DNA of 64,000 nucleotides from a virus: IMG/VR virus record IMGVR_UViG_3300028840_003749, positions 1 to 64,000 of that record; one strand, 5' to 3'. Shown piece by piece: positions 60,916 to 64,000 of this stretch (position 1 is its first letter; each line of letters starts with the position of its first letter). The notes under the pieces were generated by a model. It saw only the letters and a program-made list of their open reading frames with translations, ran no database searches and was not told where the DNA came from. The position numbers and the translations under genes were made by a program.

Positions 60916-61598
60916 GAAGTCCTCTCCTCAGCCAGGGCCTCTTCAAGTATCTCACGGGCCAATTCGGCGCCACGATGTGCAGTCTCTCGGCAACACTTGC
61001 ACTTGCGCGCGAGGTCTTTGATCGACAACGTTGCTCCTTCGCCGGTTACCCGTACCCTGGCTACCTTCACGTACGAGAACGGTTTCATCTTGGCCAGTTG
61101 TCTCTGAGCCGTGGTCAACGCTTTCCGCATCACGTCCAGCGTTTCCTGGTGGATGATCTCGTCCAGGGCTTCTGAGCCTTCCTCATCGTCCAGCGTGTCG
61201 AACGCGCTCGGATCGAAAGGCTGCTCACGGACGAGTCCTTTGGACTGTTTCTGCGACAGGGTAACCAGTAAGGCTCTCGAGTAGTACGACGAAAATTGGC
61301 TGGTCGACCTCTCGTTGAATGCTGACAGGCAATTGACCATCACAATGTACGCGTCCTGCATGAGATCGTCAAACTCCGGGGTGTACGGTCGGATGTGGAA
61401 AGTACGTGCTACGGACGACACGGCCTTCACCGTGTAGCCTTTCAACTCCGTCATCAATTCGTCTGAAACCGCCCTTTGCTCCTGTTCCAAATCCTTCCAC
61501 TCTGCAACGAGTCGATTTACAACGCGTTTGTCCGCTTGAGCCTTCTTAGGTTGAGGCTTCTTATTACGGGACGTGGCAGACACAGAAAATCCTTCCAA
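60912..61598 (-). CDS. Sigma-factor-like protein (second in window)
   Basis: Region-2-like FDDLMQDAYIVMVNCLSAFNERSTSQFSSYYSRALL and a C-terminal HTH-like ATLSIKDLARKCKCCRETAHRGAELAREIL. Confidence 0.45.
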   Translation of the reverse strand: MEGFSVSATSRNKKPQPKKAQADKRVVNRLVAEWKDLEQEQRAVSDELMTELKGYTVKAVSSVARTFHIRPYTPEFDDLMQDAYIVMVNCLSAFNERSTSQFSSYYSRALLVTLSQKQSKGLVREQPFDPSAFDTLDDEEGSEALDEIIHQETLDVMRKALTTAQRQLAKMKPFSYVKVARVRVTGEGATLSIKDLARKCKCCRETAHRGAELAREILEEALAEERTS

Positions 61599-62032
61599 TT
61601 GATAACGGCCATGTCTCTCCAGTAAATAGCTTCAATGATCTTGAACTGAGGAAAGAGGCGGCACAGGGCGTCAAACCTGCGCTCCTCCATCATGCAGAAC
61701 GTACCTGCATAAGTCCGATGCATCACGAGCAAAGGCCACCTCCCCTGCCCCTGCTCTTCGCAGTGCTTGACCGTCTGCTTCCACCATCCAGCGATGTCGC
61801 ACTTGGAGTGTCCGGTCAGCAGAAAGTCCAGCCGCAAGTCCTGGTAGTGCTTTGCTTCAACGATGAAAGGAAACCAGGAAGGCGTACGGACATCGCCATG
61901 GTGCTCAGCCCCCATGTTCCTGATGCACCGCTCACCAAGCAGCTCGGTACAATCATTGCAGACCACATACTCGTAGCGGTCACCTTTGGCCTTGCCCTTC
62001 GACTTTTTCTTCCGCTTTCGCTTAGTCGCCAT
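61517..62032 (-). CDS. PD-(D/E)XK nuclease (Holliday-junction-resolvase-like)
   Basis: KGDRYEYVV...LGERCIRNMG...HGDVRT...FIVEAKH fits the E...D...E.K resolvase (Hjc/RecU-type) core. Basic N-terminal tail. Confidence 0.45.
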   Translation of the reverse strand: MATKRKRKKKSKGKAKGDRYEYVVCNDCTELLGERCIRNMGAEHHGDVRTPSWFPFIVEAKHYQDLRLDFLLTGHSKCDIAGWWKQTVKHCEEQGQGRWPLLVMHRTYAGTFCMMEERRFDALCRLFPQFKIIEAIYWRDMAVINWKDFLCLPRPVIRSLNLRRLKRTNAL

Positions 62033-62396
62033 CCGGAACCTCAAGCGCGATGATCCTACCATGCCAGTCCGGACCGAGAATCTCGTGGAGCTTCTCGACA
62101 GGGTCCAATTCGGAAAACCGCTGCACCACCTCGCTCATCGGAATACCGGACACCTTAGCCAGGAACTCCTGCTGCAACGCTCCAGGGTAGGCAAACTCGT
62201 GCGACCAGACAGGACGGCCAAGAACCTCCTGCACTGCTGTCTGGAATGTGCACATGTCAATGCAGAGCCTCTTTTGGAAAAGCTGGAATGCAGCCACCTG
62301 CACGGCGGTCCACCCCTCCCCTTCTCCGTTCTTGCCGAATGCTATCGCCTGCTCCTTCGATAACTGCGGCTCAAGCCAGATTGGTTCAACTTTCAT
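62022..62396 (-). CDS. Hypothetical protein
   Basis: 124-aa ORF. Confidence 0.5.
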   Translation of the reverse strand: MKVEPIWLEPQLSKEQAIAFGKNGEGEGWTAVQVAAFQLFQKRLCIDMCTFQTAVQEVLGRPVWSHEFAYPGALQQEFLAKVSGIPMSEVVQRFSELDPVEKLHEILGPDWHGRIIALEVPDGD

Positions 62397-62632
62397 TACC
62401 GGTCTCCTCTCAGCCGACCCAAGGCTTTGCTCCGCAGGACTTGGTCACTGAGCCGACTTATTTCCTTCCATGCCAGCTGTGCGGCAACCCTGCGGCCTAC
62501 GCATACCGTACAGTTGCACATCGGACGCACATCTGCGTGAAGGCCGCAACCATACTCAGCTGTCTGGCGTTTCAGGCTCTCCAGCGGGCTGGGTGTTTGG
62601 CATGTCATACTCAAAGACGTCTCCTCCTTCAT
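62396..62632 (-). CDS. Hypothetical small Cys-containing protein
   Basis: 78-aa ORF; overlaps the upstream ORF 3' end. Confidence 0.4.
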   Translation of the reverse strand: MKEETSLSMTCQTPSPLESLKRQTAEYGCGLHADVRPMCNCTVCVGRRVAAQLAWKEISRLSDQVLRSKALGRLRGDR

Positions 62633-62921
62633 TCACACGCTCATTGGCATCCTTCAGAAACTGCTCCAGCTCCCTCCGTATGCATTCGTTTTGCCTCCTG
62701 GTGTATAACGATGCCAACGAGCTGGACATGAGGGCCACACTTGCTACCAGAACCACTACTGCCACCAATGCTGTACTGCCAACAAGCACGCCCTTCACTA
62801 TTGTCGACCACGCTGCTGGATTGACGTCTCTGACCGCGCTGCACGCCACAGCCGCCAATATCAGGAATGTCGCCAATGTCAGAAACGTCACTGTGACTGC
62901 TTTACCTTCAGGACTCATCAT
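62556..62921 (-). CDS. Membrane protein (two TM segments)
   Basis: VTVTFLTLATFLILAAVAC and VLVGSTALVAVVVLVASVALM. Confidence 0.55.
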   Translation of the reverse strand: MMSPEGKAVTVTFLTLATFLILAAVACSAVRDVNPAAWSTIVKGVLVGSTALVAVVVLVASVALMSSSLASLYTRRQNECIRRELEQFLKDANERVNEGGDVFEYDMPNTQPAGEPETPDS

Positions 62922-62974
62922 AGTTTCATCTCCTTATGTAACGAATTACCCTTATATGCCCTGTGTTTTGCGTC

Positions 62975-63265
62975 CTACCTTCTGACGTGTTTTCCTTCCA
63001 CCACGTCGTGGAATACCTGACGGATGATGACAAACGCGTTCTCTTCCGCTTCGTTCACCTCGTCCTGTACATCCTCGATTTCCACTTCGTATTCTTCGTC
63101 GTCCTCAGTTACCCTCTGGACGACCACGGTGACGATGCCGGTGTCTTTCAGCCGTCGCATCACCTCCTCGATAAGCTCATCGAACAGCTGCTGTGCTGGT
63201 GGCTGCTCGCCGTTCATCCGGTACTGGATGTTCTCGTCCACGTATTGTTCGAGAAGTGCTGTCAT
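62975..63265 (-). CDS. Hypothetical acidic protein
   Basis: Trimmed to MTALLEQYVDENIQ...; Glu/Asp-rich. Confidence 0.5.
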   Translation of the reverse strand: MTALLEQYVDENIQYRMNGEQPPAQQLFDELIEEVMRRLKDTGIVTVVVQRVTEDDEEYEVEIEDVQDEVNEAEENAFVIIRQVFHDVVEGKHVRR

Positions 63266-63287
63266 TTCTGTTCCCCTTTTTCTCGTT

Positions 63288-63596
63288 CTACTTTGCCAGC
63301 TCTTCCTGCATGCTGGTGACGAATGCTGAAAGGCGTGTGGCGACGACTTCGGCAACGGTTCGTGCCCACTCTAATGAACTCGCCTTCGTGTAGTACGTGG
63401 CTCCGGTTCTGGAAAGTGTGTCACCGTCCTCGTCCTCAGTGAAATCACGATCCAGGGTGATTGTGAGATCGACCTCTTTCTCCGGCTCTTCCGGCACAAA
63501 GATGCTGGCATCTATCCTGAACGTGACCGCCTCGTACTCCGATGTGTGCTGAACTCCGCACGGTACGGCTTCGCTGGTCCATTCCGTGAACATCAT
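63288..63596 (-). CDS. Hypothetical protein
   Basis: Trimmed to MMFTEWTSEAVPCG...; 102 aa. Confidence 0.5.
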   Translation of the reverse strand: MMFTEWTSEAVPCGVQHTSEYEAVTFRIDASIFVPEEPEKEVDLTITLDRDFTEDEDGDTLSRTGATYYTKASSLEWARTVAEVVATRLSAFVTSMQEELAK

Positions 63597-63691
63597 TTCG
63601 TGTACCCCTTCTTTGGCTGCAATGAGAAACGGCGCCGCCTGGATTGACCATGACGACGCCGTTTCCGTTTGCACCTCCGTCGCTGCTCGGC

Positions 63692-63940
63692 TTAGAGCCG
63701 CGAGGTGACAATCTTGCCCAACTGCTTGGCGAGTGCTTCCGCATCCGCTTTGGCCTTCGTCGCTGTACCTGCCTTCGCATCCACAGCTGCGTTGACCAGA
63801 CCGGCTTCCTGCGGTTCGCCTTCGTCGTCCAGCACGGGGTCGCTGAGCACCGTGACGCTCAGAATCCACGACTTGTGCTCTTCGGACTTCTCCACCACGC
63901 AGAACGCGATGACGTTTTCGGCGATCTCGATGTCGTTCAA
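63692..63940 (-). CDS. Hypothetical small protein
   Basis: 82-aa ORF. Confidence 0.5.
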   Translation of the reverse strand: MNDIEIAENVIAFCVVEKSEEHKSWILSVTVLSDPVLDDEGEPQEAGLVNAAVDAKAGTATKAKADAEALAKQLGKIVTSRL

Positions 63941-64000
63941 GTAAGCGCCATCAGGCGTCCTCGACCACCCCGGCTTCCTTTTGGCCGGAGCCGCAGCCGT

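Overview
This 64-kb window is one contiguous stretch of a tailed-phage (siphovirus-like) genome. It is GC-rich by eye, and every credible gene is on the minus strand.

Gene order in the direction of transcription (64000 -> 1):
1. About 12 kb of small early or unknown genes. These include a sigma-like factor, a PD-(D/E)XK nuclease, a non-canonical tRNA-like element, a lipoprotein tyrosine phosphatase and two tiny Arg-rich paralogs.
2. Packaging and head genes: TerS, TerL, portal, scaffold and an SU10/DUF5309-type major capsid protein.
3. About 12 kb of unusual structural proteins, including a 1579-aa EEVGV-repeat giant.
4. Head-tail joining genes, interleaved with a MuF/SPP1-gp7 morphogenesis gene, an alkaline-phosphatase-family enzyme and many small, very basic proteins.
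5. A 1036-aa GT4-methyltransferase-GT2 fusion.
6. Tail genes: terminator, tube, a G/GT chaperone pair with a U_UUU_UUC slip site, a 1018-aa tape measure and a Cys-rich tip protein.
7. A radical-SAM/SPASM enzyme, a glycosyltransferase and Cys-rich proteins.
8. Holin- and spanin-like genes.
9. A replication module: QueE-like enzyme, SF2 helicase, sigma factor, Dam, DnaB-like helicase, primase and an RHH protein.
10. A non-coding end with inverted repeats, iteron-like repeats and a (CGGTAGGC)x16 array running off the window edge.

Main candidate novelty: 11 proteins in the virion module share a ~15-aa N-terminal leader, L[ST][RK]xQLA[AFY][ILM]FA. The leader is fused to unrelated cargo domains: a PARP-like ADP-ribosyltransferase, two zincins, two PI3/4-kinase-like domains, a minimal Pol-beta-like nucleotidyltransferase and five small basic proteins. 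I interpret the leader as a capsid-targeting or ejection tag that I do not recognise from any described system.

Caveats:
- All function calls rest on motifs I recognised by eye; no searches were run.
- The ORF track writes GTG/TTG starts as M and gives maximal ORFs, so several starts were trimmed by hand.
- Coordinates not taken from the track may be off by 1-2 nt.
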